From positions 62,001 to 101,640 of the forward strand of contig NZ_SMNA01000016.1 in NCBI RefSeq assembly GCF_004353825.1: a stretch of 39,640 nucleotides of DNA, written 5' to 3'. Within the stretch, counting starts at the first letter, position 1; every line of letters starts with the position of its first letter. Made by a program: the position numbers and the translations under genes. Source of the DNA: Occultella glacieicola (GTDB lineage: Bacteria; Actinomycetota; Actinomycetes; Actinomycetales; Beutenbergiaceae). The notes beneath the pieces are model-generated. The model did no database searches. It was given only the letters and a program-made list of their open reading frames with translations, and was not told where the DNA came from. Of the stretch, positions 17,072-26,607 are shown one piece after another.

Positions 17072-18308
17072 GCGCGATCGCGAGCCCACCGAGGGCGAGC
17101 ACGGACCCGGCCCAGGCGGGCGCCAGGTAGCCGAGGCCGGCCGCGAGCACAAGCGCGCCGACCCAGGCTCCCACGGCGTTGCCGATGTTCAGGGCGGAGT
17201 GGTGCAGCGCGGCGGCCAGCGACGGCGCGTCCGGGGAGGAGTCCAGCAGCCGGGTCTGCAGCGAGGGGCCGAGGAACTGCGAGATCGTCGCGATCGCGAA
17301 CAGCCCGATGATCCCGGCCACGGCCCAGTGCGCGGTGAGCGCGAAGCCGGCGAGCAGCACGGCCATGCCGACCAGGCCCGCGATCGCGGTGCCCATGACC
17401 GAGCGGTCGGCCAGCCGCCCGGCGATCAGGGTGCCGACCGTCATACCGGTGCCGAACACGGCCAGGATCCAGGGCACGGCGCCGATCGGCAGGCCGAGCA
17501 CCTGCGGCACGATCTCGCCGATATAGCTGTATACGGCGAACATGCCGCCGAACCCGACGGCGGCGATGCCGAGGGTGAACCAGACCTGCGCGTGCCGGAA
17601 CGCCCGCAACTCCCCGCGGGCGCTCGCCCGCTGACCGGCAGGCCGGGGCAGGGCCGGCACGAACCGCCAGATCGCGACCACCGCGGCGAGCGCGACCACC
17701 ACGACCACCGCAAAGGCTGAGCGCCACCCCACCCACTGGCCGAGCGCCGTCGACAGCGGCACGCCGATCATCGTCGCGACGGTGAGCCCGAGCATCACCT
17801 GGGACACGGCGCGAGCCCGGCGCCCGGCCGGGGCCAGGGTGGCCGCGATCAGGGAGGCCACTCCGAAGTAGGCGCCGTGGGGCAGCCCGGCGAGGAACCG
17901 GGACGCCGTCATCGAGCCGAGCTCCGGGGCGATCGCGGAGAACGCGTTGCCGAGCGCGATCGCCGCGGCGAGCAGCAGCAGGAGCTGCTTGCGCTCGAGC
18001 CGGGCCGCCATGACCACGATCAGGGGCGCGCCGATCACGACCCCGAGCGCGTACGCCGAGATGAGCGTGCCTGCGGTCGGCACCGAGACCGTGAGGGTGG
18101 TCGCGATCTGGGGCAGCAGACCCATGGTGGCGAACTCGGTGGTGCCGATGGCGAAGCCGCCGAGGGCCATCGCGACGATCGCCATCCGCAGCCCGCCGGG
18201 GCCGATGGACGACGGCGTGGGCCGGCTTCCCGGGGTGGGCGGCGGCGGGTCCGTGGTGCCGGTGGGACCGAGCGGGGCCGTCGGGTCGGCGTCGGTCCGG
18301 GTGGTCAT
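17022..18308 (-). CDS. MFS transporter (DHA1, AraJ/YdhP-like)
   Basis: FAIGTTEFATMGLL, AYALGVVIGAP, RFLAGLPHGAYFG, GVPL, SALNIGNAVGA; overlaps the DUF2306 3' end by 50 bp. Confidence 0.92.
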   Translation of the reverse strand: MTTRTDADPTAPLGPTGTTDPPPPTPGSRPTPSSIGPGGLRMAIVAMALGGFAIGTTEFATMGLLPQIATTLTVSVPTAGTLISAYALGVVIGAPLIVVMAARLERKQLLLLLAAAIALGNAFSAIAPELGSMTASRFLAGLPHGAYFGVASLIAATLAPAGRRARAVSQVMLGLTVATMIGVPLSTALGQWVGWRSAFAVVVVVALAAVVAIWRFVPALPRPAGQRASARGELRAFRHAQVWFTLGIAAVGFGGMFAVYSYIGEIVPQVLGLPIGAVPWILAVFGTGMTVGTLIAGRLADRSVMGTAIAGLVGMAVLLAGFALTAHWAVAGIIGLFAIATISQFLGPSLQTRLLDSSPDAPSLAAALHHSALNIGNAVGAWVGALVLAAGLGYLAPAWAGSVLALGGLAIALIAVGVQWRADAAGRG

Positions 18309-18359
18309 CGGGTGCACTCCAGGTTCGGGGGAGGTGCTGCCGACGTTGGGAGCCATGGG

Positions 18360-18373
18360 TCGAAACGATTCTA
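18360..18373. promoter_or_regulatory. LacI-type operator overlapping the -10 of the MFS gene
   Basis: Minus strand TAGAATCGTTTCGA: imperfect palindrome centred on CG, beginning with -10-like TAGAAT. Confidence 0.55.
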
Positions 18374-18628
18374 GTGACGGTGTGCCGGTTCCGACAGGGG
18401 GTGTGGGCAGACTCACGGGCCGGCCGACCGGGGCTCGTCGGTCGGACGGGTGGCCCATCCACAGGCGGCACCTGGTCCAGCGGGCGGCGTCCGGGCAGTA
18501 CCGCCACTGGGGATGGGCCGTTCTGCCCGCGGCTACGGGCGCCCCGGGCCGGTCCGCCCGGGTAACATCGCGGCGGCTGGGACCGCTGATCGAGATGTCC
18601 GCGCCCGCCTCGACCACGGAGGGTGGAC

Positions 18629-19219
18629 ATGTCGTATCAGAGTCAGGGTCAGAACGGGTCCGACGGGTCGGGCGGCGGCTACCCGGGTGGGTACGGGGCG
18701 CCACAGAACCCGAACCCGTACGGTGGCGCCTCCGGTGCGTACGGAGCACCACAGAACCCGAACCCGTACGGTGGCTCCTCCGGTGCGTACGGAGCGCCCC
18801 AGAACCCGAGTCCGTACGGCGGTCCGGACGCCTCGAGCCCGTACACCACCCCGGCCAGCGGCGGCTACGGCGTGCCGGCCGGGGGCTACGCCGGGGCGGG
18901 GGCCTACGGGACGCCGGGTGGCTATGGGGCCCACCCGCCGCCGAAGCGGTCGAACACGGGCCTGATCGTCGGTCTCGCCGTGGGTGGCGCGGTGCTGCTG
19001 TTCCTCATCGTCGGCGTGCTCGCCAATCTCGGAGGCCGGGGCGACTATGGATCCGACCCGCACCTCGACCGGCTCCACGATCAGTGCGAGGCCGGCGACT
19101 ATGCCGCCTGCGACGACCTGTACTTCGAGTCCCCGGTCGGCTCGGAGTACGAGGAGTTCGGTGACACCTGTGGTGGTCGCACCGATGGCGGCACCCTCTG
19201 CGAGTACGAGGACTTCTGA
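18629..19219 (+). CDS. Single-pass membrane protein: Gly/Pro/Tyr-rich N-terminus and 4-Cys acidic C-terminal domain
   Basis: GGAGG before ATG; TM LIVGLAVGGAVLLFLIVGVLA; C-terminal QCEAGDYAACDDLY..TCGGR..LC. Confidence 0.8.
   Translation: MSYQSQGQNGSDGSGGGYPGGYGAPQNPNPYGGASGAYGAPQNPNPYGGSSGAYGAPQNPSPYGGPDASSPYTTPASGGYGVPAGGYAGAGAYGTPGGYGAHPPPKRSNTGLIVGLAVGGAVLLFLIVGVLANLGGRGDYGSDPHLDRLHDQCEAGDYAACDDLYFESPVGSEYEEFGDTCGGRTDGGTLCEYEDF
18691..18823 (+). repeat. 48-bp coding tandem repeat, about 2.8 copies (YGAPQNPNPYGGxSGA)
   Basis: Units start at 18691, 18739 and 18787. Confidence 0.9.
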
Positions 19220-19223
19220 GGCC

Positions 19224-20318
19224 TCACCGGACGAGGTCGAGCTCGAGCCATCGGGCCAGCTCGGCGATCTCCCGGTCCACCGCGCTCGTCGTCGCGGCAC
19301 TGAACGGCACGTCCTGATGCACCGCGTGCACCCGGAACACCCCCGCCTTGCGGTCGGCCGTCGCGTCCAGCTTCCCGACCAGGGCGTCGGAGTGCAGGAT
19401 CGGTAGCGCGAAGTAGCCCCAGCGGCGCTTGGCGGCGGGCTTGTACATCTCGAGCAGGTACTCGAACCCGAACAGTTCCCGGGCGCGGGCCCGGTCGTGC
19501 ACGAGCCGGTCGAACGGGGACAGCAGCGCCGCGCGCCCGGAGAACGGCTGCCCGAGCTGTGCCGGGTCGACGCGCCAGGTGCCCTTCACGCCGTCGACCA
19601 CGGCCTCCTCCCCGGCCTCCCCGACGTCCCAGGCCTCGACCGGGGACTGGGTGGTCCGGGCTCGCGCAATCCCGAGCGCCCGCAGCCTGCGCTCGTCGCG
19701 GATGCGCCGGGCGTCCTCGGCGGGCACCACCGGGGCGTCGGGGTAGACCCGGTCCGCCAGATCCCACAGGCGCTGCCGCCCGGACCGCCCCGCGACGGCC
19801 ACCTCGCCGCGTGCCGTCATGCACTCCAGCATCATCGTCACGTTGCGGTTGTCCGTCCATCCGGTCGAGCCCCACGGCACGGCACAGGTGTCCGGCAGGT
19901 CCCGCGAGAGTTGCGGGCCGTCGGCCTCGAGTCGGCGCAGGATGTCGCGCCGGCAGGCATCGTTCGCCCGGATCCACTCCCGGGCCGGACCCGTGCGCTC
20001 GGGCCAGGCGACCATGTCCGCCCGGTAGAGCGCGATGTCCGCGGCCGGTCGGATCAGCGCGAGTACCTCGATGAGGGAGTGCTCGGCGAGCGCGCGCTGC
20101 AGCTCCGCACGGTCGTACCCCGACCCCAGCCGGCTCCACAGGACCAGGTCCGCGTTCGGGGCGACGGCCGCCGTCGGGTCCACCTGCAGCATGGCGAGGT
20201 GCCGGACGACCTCGAACAGGTCCGAGGGTCGACGGCGGCCCAACATCTGGGCACGGACGGCGATCCGTCGGGCGTCGGTGCCGGAGAGGCGGTGGACCGT
20301 CGGGGACATGGGTGTCAC
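19224..20318 (-). CDS. AlkZ/YcaQ (HTH_42) family DNA glycosylase, YcaQ-like
   Basis: LQVDP (QxD motif), VLWSRLG, RQRLWDL, LLSPFDRLV, FEYLLEMY.PAAKRRWGYFALPIL, VGKLD. Confidence 0.88.
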   Translation of the reverse strand: MTPMSPTVHRLSGTDARRIAVRAQMLGRRRPSDLFEVVRHLAMLQVDPTAAVAPNADLVLWSRLGSGYDRAELQRALAEHSLIEVLALIRPAADIALYRADMVAWPERTGPAREWIRANDACRRDILRRLEADGPQLSRDLPDTCAVPWGSTGWTDNRNVTMMLECMTARGEVAVAGRSGRQRLWDLADRVYPDAPVVPAEDARRIRDERRLRALGIARARTTQSPVEAWDVGEAGEEAVVDGVKGTWRVDPAQLGQPFSGRAALLSPFDRLVHDRARARELFGFEYLLEMYKPAAKRRWGYFALPILHSDALVGKLDATADRKAGVFRVHAVHQDVPFSAATTSAVDREIAELARWLELDLVR

Positions 20319-20971
20319 TCGCGGCCCGCCATGGTCGCCACGTCCACCTCGTTGCCCTCGGCGTCGGCCAGGGTCCACCACGTGGGCGCATGCGAGGACA
20401 CGAGGGTCCCGCCGGCGGCCAGGGCTGCGGCCACCCGCGATTCGCCCTGGTCCGGTGGCACGCAGATGTCGACGTGGATCCGGTTCCGGCCGGTCCGGGG
20501 CGGGTCCATCTGTTGGAACCAGATCGAGGGGCCCCGGCCGAGCGGGTCGTCCAGGTCCTCCTCGCCGCGCGCGGCGTAGCCGAGGACCGCCCGCCAGAAC
20601 GGCATCACGTCCGCGTGCACGTGGGCGTCGATGGCGAACTGGACGGCCTGGACCGTGTCCGGGCGTGCGGTCGCGCCGAGCTCGGCCGCGGCGAGCGAGA
20701 CCTGCCGGGCCAGGTCCGCGTCCCGGCGGCTGATCGTGCCGACGTCGTGGGAGATCAGCCGGACGGTGACACTGCCGTAGCGCAGGTCGACGTCGGGATG
20801 GTGGTTCGCGGCGTCGGCCAGCTCACCGATCCGCCCGATCAGGGCGACTCCGGTCGCGAACGTGCCGGTCTCGAAGTTCGCGGTGGCCCCACCGAACAGC
20901 ACCCGCCAGTCGCCCACCCCCTCGCTCGCGTCGAAGGCCGACGGCGTGATGGCGTCGGACACGGCGCTCAC
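20315..20971 (-). CDS. Pterin-4a-carbinolamine dehydratase-like domain fused to a VOC/glyoxalase-like domain
   Basis: NHHPDV..L.SHD; C-half FWRAVLGY, IWFQQM, RNRIHVD, WWTLADAEGNE. Confidence 0.85.
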   Translation of the reverse strand: MSAVSDAITPSAFDASEGVGDWRVLFGGATANFETGTFATGVALIGRIGELADAANHHPDVDLRYGSVTVRLISHDVGTISRRDADLARQVSLAAAELGATARPDTVQAVQFAIDAHVHADVMPFWRAVLGYAARGEEDLDDPLGRGPSIWFQQMDPPRTGRNRIHVDICVPPDQGESRVAAALAAGGTLVSSHAPTWWTLADAEGNEVDVATMAGRE

Positions 20972-21543
20972 CGCCCCACGAGGAACGCGTGCACCCGCTC
21001 GGTGAGCAGCGCGGCGGCCTCGGGCCGGTAGGAGGGCAGGCTGGAGTCGGCGAAGTAGTGCTGGTCACCGGGGTAGAGGAACAGTTCGGCGTCCTCGGTC
21101 GATGCGACGAGTTCGCGGGCCGCGTCCACGTCGCCCTCGTCCATGAAGTAGGGGTCCTCCTGGGCGCCGTGGATCTGCACCGGCACCCCCGCCGGCCAGG
21201 CCTGCCCGAACTCGGTGTGGGGCACGCACGAGTACATGAGCAGCGCGCCCCGTGCTCCCGGCCGGGTCTGGGCGAGTTGCTGCGCGGGCACCACTCCGAG
21301 GGAGAAGCCGGCGTAGACCAGCTCGCTCGGCAAGCCCTCGGCGGACTTCGAGCCTCGGGCGAGCACCTCCTCGAACCCGATCTCACCGACGTGGGCCATG
21401 CCATCGGGAATCGAGTCGAAGGTCCGGCCGTCGAACAGGTCCGGTGTGTGCACGGTGTGCCCGGCGGCCCGCAGGTCGTCGGCGAAGGCGTGGAAGCCCG
21501 GGGTCTGCCCCTGGGCGTGGTGGAACAGCAGAACCTCAGCCAT
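20968..21543 (-). CDS. Dienelactone hydrolase family alpha/beta hydrolase
   Basis: LFHH..G, TPDLFDG, GFSLG nucleophile elbow, D (EDPYF), YPGDQHYF. Confidence 0.88.
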   Translation of the reverse strand: MAEVLLFHHAQGQTPGFHAFADDLRAAGHTVHTPDLFDGRTFDSIPDGMAHVGEIGFEEVLARGSKSAEGLPSELVYAGFSLGVVPAQQLAQTRPGARGALLMYSCVPHTEFGQAWPAGVPVQIHGAQEDPYFMDEGDVDAARELVASTEDAELFLYPGDQHYFADSSLPSYRPEAAALLTERVHAFLVGR

Positions 21544-21585
21544 GACGTTTCCTTCCGTGATCATCCGGCGGGTCTGGGTGTCGCC

Positions 21586-21626
21586 GAATGATCCATGAGT
21601 CTAGAATGATCCAATAGTCTGGATCA
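21586..21626. promoter_or_regulatory. Operator in the divergent promoter (direct plus inverted repeat)
   Basis: GAATGATCCA at 21586 and 21604; TGATCCA-N6-TGGATCA at 21607-21626; overlaps TAGAAT (+) and TAGACT (-). Confidence 0.6.
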
Positions 21627-21645
21627 ATCGTTGGACGGAGATTCG

Positions 21646-22227
21646 ATGGACGCTGCGGTGTCGGGTTCCCCGGCCTCACCCGACTACGACCTCCTGGAGA
21701 CGGTCGCCGTGACCGAGCCCGCCAAGCTGCGCGCGATCTTCGACCCCTTGCGCGGGCAGTTGATGGACCTGGTCCTGGAACGGGCCGCGACCGTCACCGA
21801 GCTCGCTGCCGCCGTCGGCCGCCCGAAGAGCACCATCGCCCACCACGTGAAGGTCCTCGTCGAGAACGACATCTTCACGGTGGTCCGGACCCGGAAGGTC
21901 CGGGCCATCGAGGAGCGCTTCTACGGACGCGTGGCCCGCACGTTCTATGTCGGCGCGGTTCCGCTCGAGGACGTCACGCCGCTGCCGTGGTCGAACTACC
22001 TCGCGGACGCCGCCGCGGAGTCGATGCCCGCCTATCACGCGGACACGATGTGGGCCCAGCACCTGCATGCGCGGATTCCCCGGGAGCGGGCGAACGAGTT
22101 CTGGAAGCGCGTCGACGAGGTGATCGGGGAGTTCGCCCGGCTCCCGCGCGAGGGGGACACCGTCTACGGGTTCGCGGTCGGTCTGTACCCCACCGAGCAT
22201 CCGACGCTGCCCGAGCGGAACGACTAG
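21646..22227 (+). CDS. ArsR/SmtB-like winged-helix transcriptional regulator
   Basis: LRAIFDPLR, ATVTELA..GRPKSTIAHHVKVL, RKVRAIEERFYGR. Confidence 0.85.
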   Translation: MDAAVSGSPASPDYDLLETVAVTEPAKLRAIFDPLRGQLMDLVLERAATVTELAAAVGRPKSTIAHHVKVLVENDIFTVVRTRKVRAIEERFYGRVARTFYVGAVPLEDVTPLPWSNYLADAAAESMPAYHADTMWAQHLHARIPRERANEFWKRVDEVIGEFARLPREGDTVYGFAVGLYPTEHPTLPERND

Positions 22228-23279
22228 GCCCCGGTCCGCCGCGGGTCGATCAGGAACTTCATCACGTCGGCGTCCCCGTTGCGGGCGATCGCCCGGGGCA
22301 GGTCGTCCAGGCCGAAGGTGCCGGAGACGAGCGCGTCCAGGTCGACCGCCCCGGACGCGGCGAGCTTGATCGCCGTCGGCCAGGTGTCGACGTAGCGGAA
22401 CAGGCCCTCGATCGTCAGCTCGCGGCTCTGCAGCAGGAACAGGTCCACGTCGATCCGGTCCGTGCCCATGCCGACGAGCACGGCCCGCCCGTCCGGGGCC
22501 AGGGCGCGCAGGCCCGCATCGATCGCACGCGCGTTGCCGGAGGCGTCGATGAACGCGGTGACCACGCCGTCGAGCGGCACGTCGGAGACCGGGTCGAGCA
22601 CCGCCGTCGCCCCGTTGGCGAGCGCCATCTCGCGGCGGGCCGGCAGCGGGTCGGAGACGATCACCTCGGTCGCGCCGAAGGCGCGGGCCGCGGCCGCGGT
22701 CAGGATCCCGATCGGCCCGGCCCCGGCGACCAGGACGCTCGAGCCCGGCACCACGGCCGCCTTGCGGACCGCGGCGATGCCGACCGACAGCGGCTCGACG
22801 AGCGCGGCCGCGGCGTCGGAGACCTCCTCGGGCACCGGGTGGGCGAAGTCCGCCGGCGCCACCAGGTACTGCGCGAACGCGCCGTCGACCGGGGGTGCGG
22901 ACGGGAACTCCATGTCCGGGCAGAGGTTGTACCGGCCGGTGCGGCAGTACTGGCACCGCCGGCACGGGCGCTGCGGCTCCACCGCGACCCGCTGACCGAC
23001 CCGCTCCCGGGGCACGGCGGAGCCGACGGCGGCGATCACCCCGGTCGCCTCGTGGCCGAGGATCAGGGGTCCCTCGACGACGAGGTCGCCGACCCGGCCG
23101 TGGTCGTAGAAGTGCACGTCCGAGCCGCAGAGCCCGACGGCGGTCAGCGCCACGAGCACGTCGAACTCACCCGGGGTGGGTACGGGGGTGTCGCGGACGA
23201 CGATGGTGCGCGCGCCGTCGAGGAAGGCGGCTCGCATCGTCGTGGGCAGCGGCGGGGTCGGCGGAGTCGTTCGGTTCAC
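22224..23279 (-). CDS. Zn-dependent NAD(P) polyol/sorbitol dehydrogenase-like (MDR family)
   Basis: CGSDVH, LGHE, CRRCQYC..GRYNLC, GAGPIG, FRY. Confidence 0.92.
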   Translation of the reverse strand: MNRTTPPTPPLPTTMRAAFLDGARTIVVRDTPVPTPGEFDVLVALTAVGLCGSDVHFYDHGRVGDLVVEGPLILGHEATGVIAAVGSAVPRERVGQRVAVEPQRPCRRCQYCRTGRYNLCPDMEFPSAPPVDGAFAQYLVAPADFAHPVPEEVSDAAAALVEPLSVGIAAVRKAAVVPGSSVLVAGAGPIGILTAAAARAFGATEVIVSDPLPARREMALANGATAVLDPVSDVPLDGVVTAFIDASGNARAIDAGLRALAPDGRAVLVGMGTDRIDVDLFLLQSRELTIEGLFRYVDTWPTAIKLAASGAVDLDALVSGTFGLDDLPRAIARNGDADVMKFLIDPRRTGA

Positions 23280-23280
23280 G

Positions 23281-23311
23281 CGGCCAGCCTAGGCGCAGCC
23301 TGGGCTGGCCG
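23281..23311. other. 14-bp hairpin between GH65 and the dehydrogenase, containing the dehydrogenase -10
   Basis: CGGCCAGCCTAGGC-GCA-GCCTGGGCTGGCCG; minus strand TAGGCT-N6-GTG(23279). Confidence 0.55.
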
Positions 23312-23323
23312 GGCGATCGTGGC

Positions 23324-25765
23324 TCAGCTGGTGCCAGGCTGGCTGGTGCGTCGCTTCGGGGCGCGGCGGGCGGGCTGGGAGACCGGCTCGACGTCCGGCA
23401 CGGCCGGCACCGGAAGCGTCACCGGTGCGTCCGCGCCCACGTCGACGGGCCGCCCGTGGTGCCAGGTCCGCAGGCCCGGGCCCGCGACCACCTCGTAGGT
23501 GGCCTCCTCGGGTGCGGCGCCGCCGTTGCGGCGGATGCTCACCCGGAGCACGTTGCCGCCGTAGGTGACCTGGAACGCGATCCGCTGCAGCGCGTGCGGG
23601 AGCCGGGGGGCGAAGGTCACCCGGCCGCCGTGGTCGCGCATGCCGCCGAAGCCGGCCGTGGCGACCAGCCAGGACCCGCCCATCGCGGCGATGTGCAGGC
23701 CGTCGTCGACGTTGCCGTGCAGGTCGCCCAGATCCACGAACGCGACCTCCGCCCAGTAGTCGTAGGCGAGGTCGAGATGCCCCGTCTCGGCGGCCAGGAC
23801 CGCCTGCGTGGCCGCGGACAGCGAGGAGTCGCGGACCGTGCGGGCCTCGTAGTAGGCGAAGTTGCGTTCCTTCTGCTCGGGCGTGAACAGGTCGCCGCGC
23901 AGGTGCATGGCCAGGGTCAGATCCGCCTGCTTGATCACCTGACGGCGGTACAGCTGGAAGTACGGGTAGTGCAGCAGCAGCGGGTACCACTTCTTCTTGG
24001 TCCCGGCGAAGTCCCAGTCGGCGTGCCTGGTGAAGCCGAGCGACTGCTCGTGCACCCCGAGGTCGGCGTTGTAGGGCATCGCGGCCCCGGCGGCGGCCCG
24101 CCGCCAGAGGTCGATCTCCCCGGCGTCCACGCCCAGGGCCGCGGCGACCTCCGGGCGGCGTTCGCACGCGTCGGCGGCGTCGGTGAGGTTCTGGGCGGCC
24201 ATCACGTTCGTGTAGAGGTTGTCGTCGACGATCGCCGTGTACTCGTCCGGTCCGGTGACCCCGTCGATGTGGAACGCGGAGCCGTTGAAGTGCCCGATCG
24301 AGGCCCACAGCCGTGCCGTCTCGGTGAGTAGTTCCACGCCGGCCCCGACCTCGAAGTCCTCGTCGCCGGTGACCGCAAGGTAGCGCGACGTCGCCGCGGC
24401 CACGGCCGAGTTCACATGGAAGGCCGCGGTGCCGGCCGGCCAGTACCCGGAGTTCTCCTTGCCGGAGATCGTGCGCCACGGGAACGCCGCGCCCCGCAGC
24501 CCGAGCTCCTTGGCCCGGGCGCGGGCCTCACCGAGGGTGGAATGGCGCCAGACCAGGTGGTCCCGCGCGGCCGCGGGCATCGTGTAGGTGAGCATGGGCA
24601 GCGCGAACACCTCCGCATCCCAGAACGTGTGCCCGTCGTAGCCGACCCCGGACAGGCCCTTGGCCCCGATCGCCTGCCCCTCGGCCCGGGCCGCGGACTG
24701 CAGGATGTGGAACATTGAGACCCGCACCGCCTGCTGCAGGGCCGGGTCGCCGTCGATCTCGACGTCCGCCCGAGACCAGAACTCGTCCAGGAAGTTGCGC
24801 TGCTGCTCGAGCAGGCCGTCCCAACCGGTCAGCCGCGCCACGGACAGCGCCGCCTCCACCTGGTCGCGCAGCGCGGGCGCCGACCGCCGGTGCGACCAGC
24901 CGTAGGCGACCAGCTTGATCAGCCGCAGCCGCGCACCCCGCGGGACCTTCGCCGTCACCGTGTAGCGGGCCAGATCCCCGGCGGCCTCGATGGTGGTCTC
25001 GACGTCGTCCGGGGTCTCCAACAGGTGCGTCATGCCCGCGGCCACCCGGAGCTTGCTGCGGCGGGTCCGGTGCACCAGCACGGCGCGGCTGTCCCGGGCA
25101 GCGGCGAACTCCGCACGCAGCGGCCGGTCCAGGTGGGCCGCGTCGCGCGGGTCGCTGGAGGGGGTGGAGCCGGCCTCGTTCGCGAGCAGGTCGGACTGCA
25201 GCGCCACGTAGGCGTCCCCGTCCAGCGGCTCCACGTCGTAGCAGATCGCCGCGAGCGAGCGCTGCGCGAACGACACCAGCCGTCGCGACGTGACCCGCAC
25301 CGAGGTGCCGCTGGGGGAGGCCCACTCCGTGATCCGGTCGAGGGTCCCAGCGCGCAGGTCCAGGCTCCGCTCGTGGTGCTCGATGGTGCCGTAGCGCATG
25401 TCGAACGGGGAGTCGCCGACGAACAGGCGGATGATCTTGCCGTCGGTGACGTTGACAACCGTCTCCCCGGACTCGGGGAAGCCGTAGCCGGACTCGGCGT
25501 GGGGCAGCGGGCGCTCCTCGAAGAACCCGTTCACGTAGGTGCCCGGGACCGCCCTGGGCTCGCCCTCCTCGAGCGAGCCGCGCAGCCCGATGTGGCCGTT
25601 CGCGAGCGAGTACAGCGACTCACTGGCCGCCAGGGTGTGCAGGTCCAGTCCGGTGCGACCCAGCGTCCACGGGTCCACCCGGTAGGCGCTGTCCCGCTCG
25701 TACTCGGTCGCGTCCGCGTCGTTGCTGCCGCGGTCCGCGGGGTTGACGCTGCTGTAGTCCGTCAT
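23324..25765 (-). CDS. Glycoside hydrolase family 65 (alpha-glucoside phosphorylase family)
   Basis: ESLYSLANGHIGLRG, KGLSG.GYDGHTFWD, FPWRTI, VTGPDEY, VIKQAD, DSSLS, GLHIA; ATGA overlap with the HAD gene. Confidence 0.93.
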   Translation of the reverse strand: MTDYSSVNPADRGSNDADATEYERDSAYRVDPWTLGRTGLDLHTLAASESLYSLANGHIGLRGSLEEGEPRAVPGTYVNGFFEERPLPHAESGYGFPESGETVVNVTDGKIIRLFVGDSPFDMRYGTIEHHERSLDLRAGTLDRITEWASPSGTSVRVTSRRLVSFAQRSLAAICYDVEPLDGDAYVALQSDLLANEAGSTPSSDPRDAAHLDRPLRAEFAAARDSRAVLVHRTRRSKLRVAAGMTHLLETPDDVETTIEAAGDLARYTVTAKVPRGARLRLIKLVAYGWSHRRSAPALRDQVEAALSVARLTGWDGLLEQQRNFLDEFWSRADVEIDGDPALQQAVRVSMFHILQSAARAEGQAIGAKGLSGVGYDGHTFWDAEVFALPMLTYTMPAAARDHLVWRHSTLGEARARAKELGLRGAAFPWRTISGKENSGYWPAGTAAFHVNSAVAAATSRYLAVTGDEDFEVGAGVELLTETARLWASIGHFNGSAFHIDGVTGPDEYTAIVDDNLYTNVMAAQNLTDAADACERRPEVAAALGVDAGEIDLWRRAAAGAAMPYNADLGVHEQSLGFTRHADWDFAGTKKKWYPLLLHYPYFQLYRRQVIKQADLTLAMHLRGDLFTPEQKERNFAYYEARTVRDSSLSAATQAVLAAETGHLDLAYDYWAEVAFVDLGDLHGNVDDGLHIAAMGGSWLVATAGFGGMRDHGGRVTFAPRLPHALQRIAFQVTYGGNVLRVSIRRNGGAAPEEATYEVVAGPGLRTWHHGRPVDVGADAPVTLPVPAVPDVEPVSQPARRAPKRRTSQPGTS

Positions 25766-26520
25766 GGCGCGTCCTCCTCGAGCAGTTCGGCGAGGTCGCC
25801 GACGACGACGTCCGCTCCGTTCGCGGCGAGGTCGGCGGCCTGGTCGAGGCGGTCGACCCCGACGACGTAACCGAAGTTGCCGGCGCGTCCGGCCTGAACG
25901 CCGGCGATCGCGTCCTCGATCACGGCGGCCCGGTCGGGCGTCACCCCGAGCGCTCGGGCCCCGGCCAGGAACGTGTCCGGAGCCGGCTTGCCCGGAAGGT
26001 GGTCCCGGGCCGCGACGACGCCGTCGATGCGTGCCTCGAGCAGATCGGTCAGCCCCGCCGCCGCGAGGACGTCGGCGCCGTTCGCGGACGCCGTCACCAC
26101 CGCGGTGCGCAGCCCTGCGGCCCGCACCGCGTGCAGGTAGGCGACCGACCCCGGGTAGGTCGCGACGCCGTCGGCCGCCAACCGGCGACCGACCTCGGCG
26201 TTCTTGCGGTTGCCGATGCCGCACACCGTGTCCGCCTCCGGTCCGTCGCCGGGCCCGCCCTCCGGCGGGTGGATCCCCCGGGAGGCGAGGAACGCCCGCA
26301 CCCCGTCGTAGCGGCGCCGGCCGTCCACGTGGGCGGCGTACTCGGCCTCCGTGAACCCGGCCTGCCCGTGGGCGGCCAGGATGGGGTCGAAGGTCTGCTT
26401 CCATGCGGTGCGGTGCAGCACCGAGGTCTGGGTCAGGACACCGTCGAGGTCGAACAGGACGGCGCGGATGGTGGGCGGGAGACCGAGCCGGCCGTCGCCG
26501 GTCGTCGCTGCAGCTGCCAT
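25762..26520 (-). CDS. Beta-phosphoglucomutase-family HAD hydrolase
   Basis: FDLDGVLT, H..AWK, DGRRRYDGV, GKPAPD, IEDAIAGV; TAGCGT-N7-ATG. Confidence 0.9.
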   Translation of the reverse strand: MAAAATTGDGRLGLPPTIRAVLFDLDGVLTQTSVLHRTAWKQTFDPILAAHGQAGFTEAEYAAHVDGRRRYDGVRAFLASRGIHPPEGGPGDGPEADTVCGIGNRKNAEVGRRLAADGVATYPGSVAYLHAVRAAGLRTAVVTASANGADVLAAAGLTDLLEARIDGVVAARDHLPGKPAPDTFLAGARALGVTPDRAAVIEDAIAGVQAGRAGNFGYVVGVDRLDQAADLAANGADVVVGDLAELLEEDAP

Positions 26521-26607
26521 GACAACGACGCTAGCCCTCGCCGGCCCGATCTGACGAACCGGGCCCGGCACGTCGCGAATTGCCGAAATCCGTTGTGTTC
26601 CCGGGCG

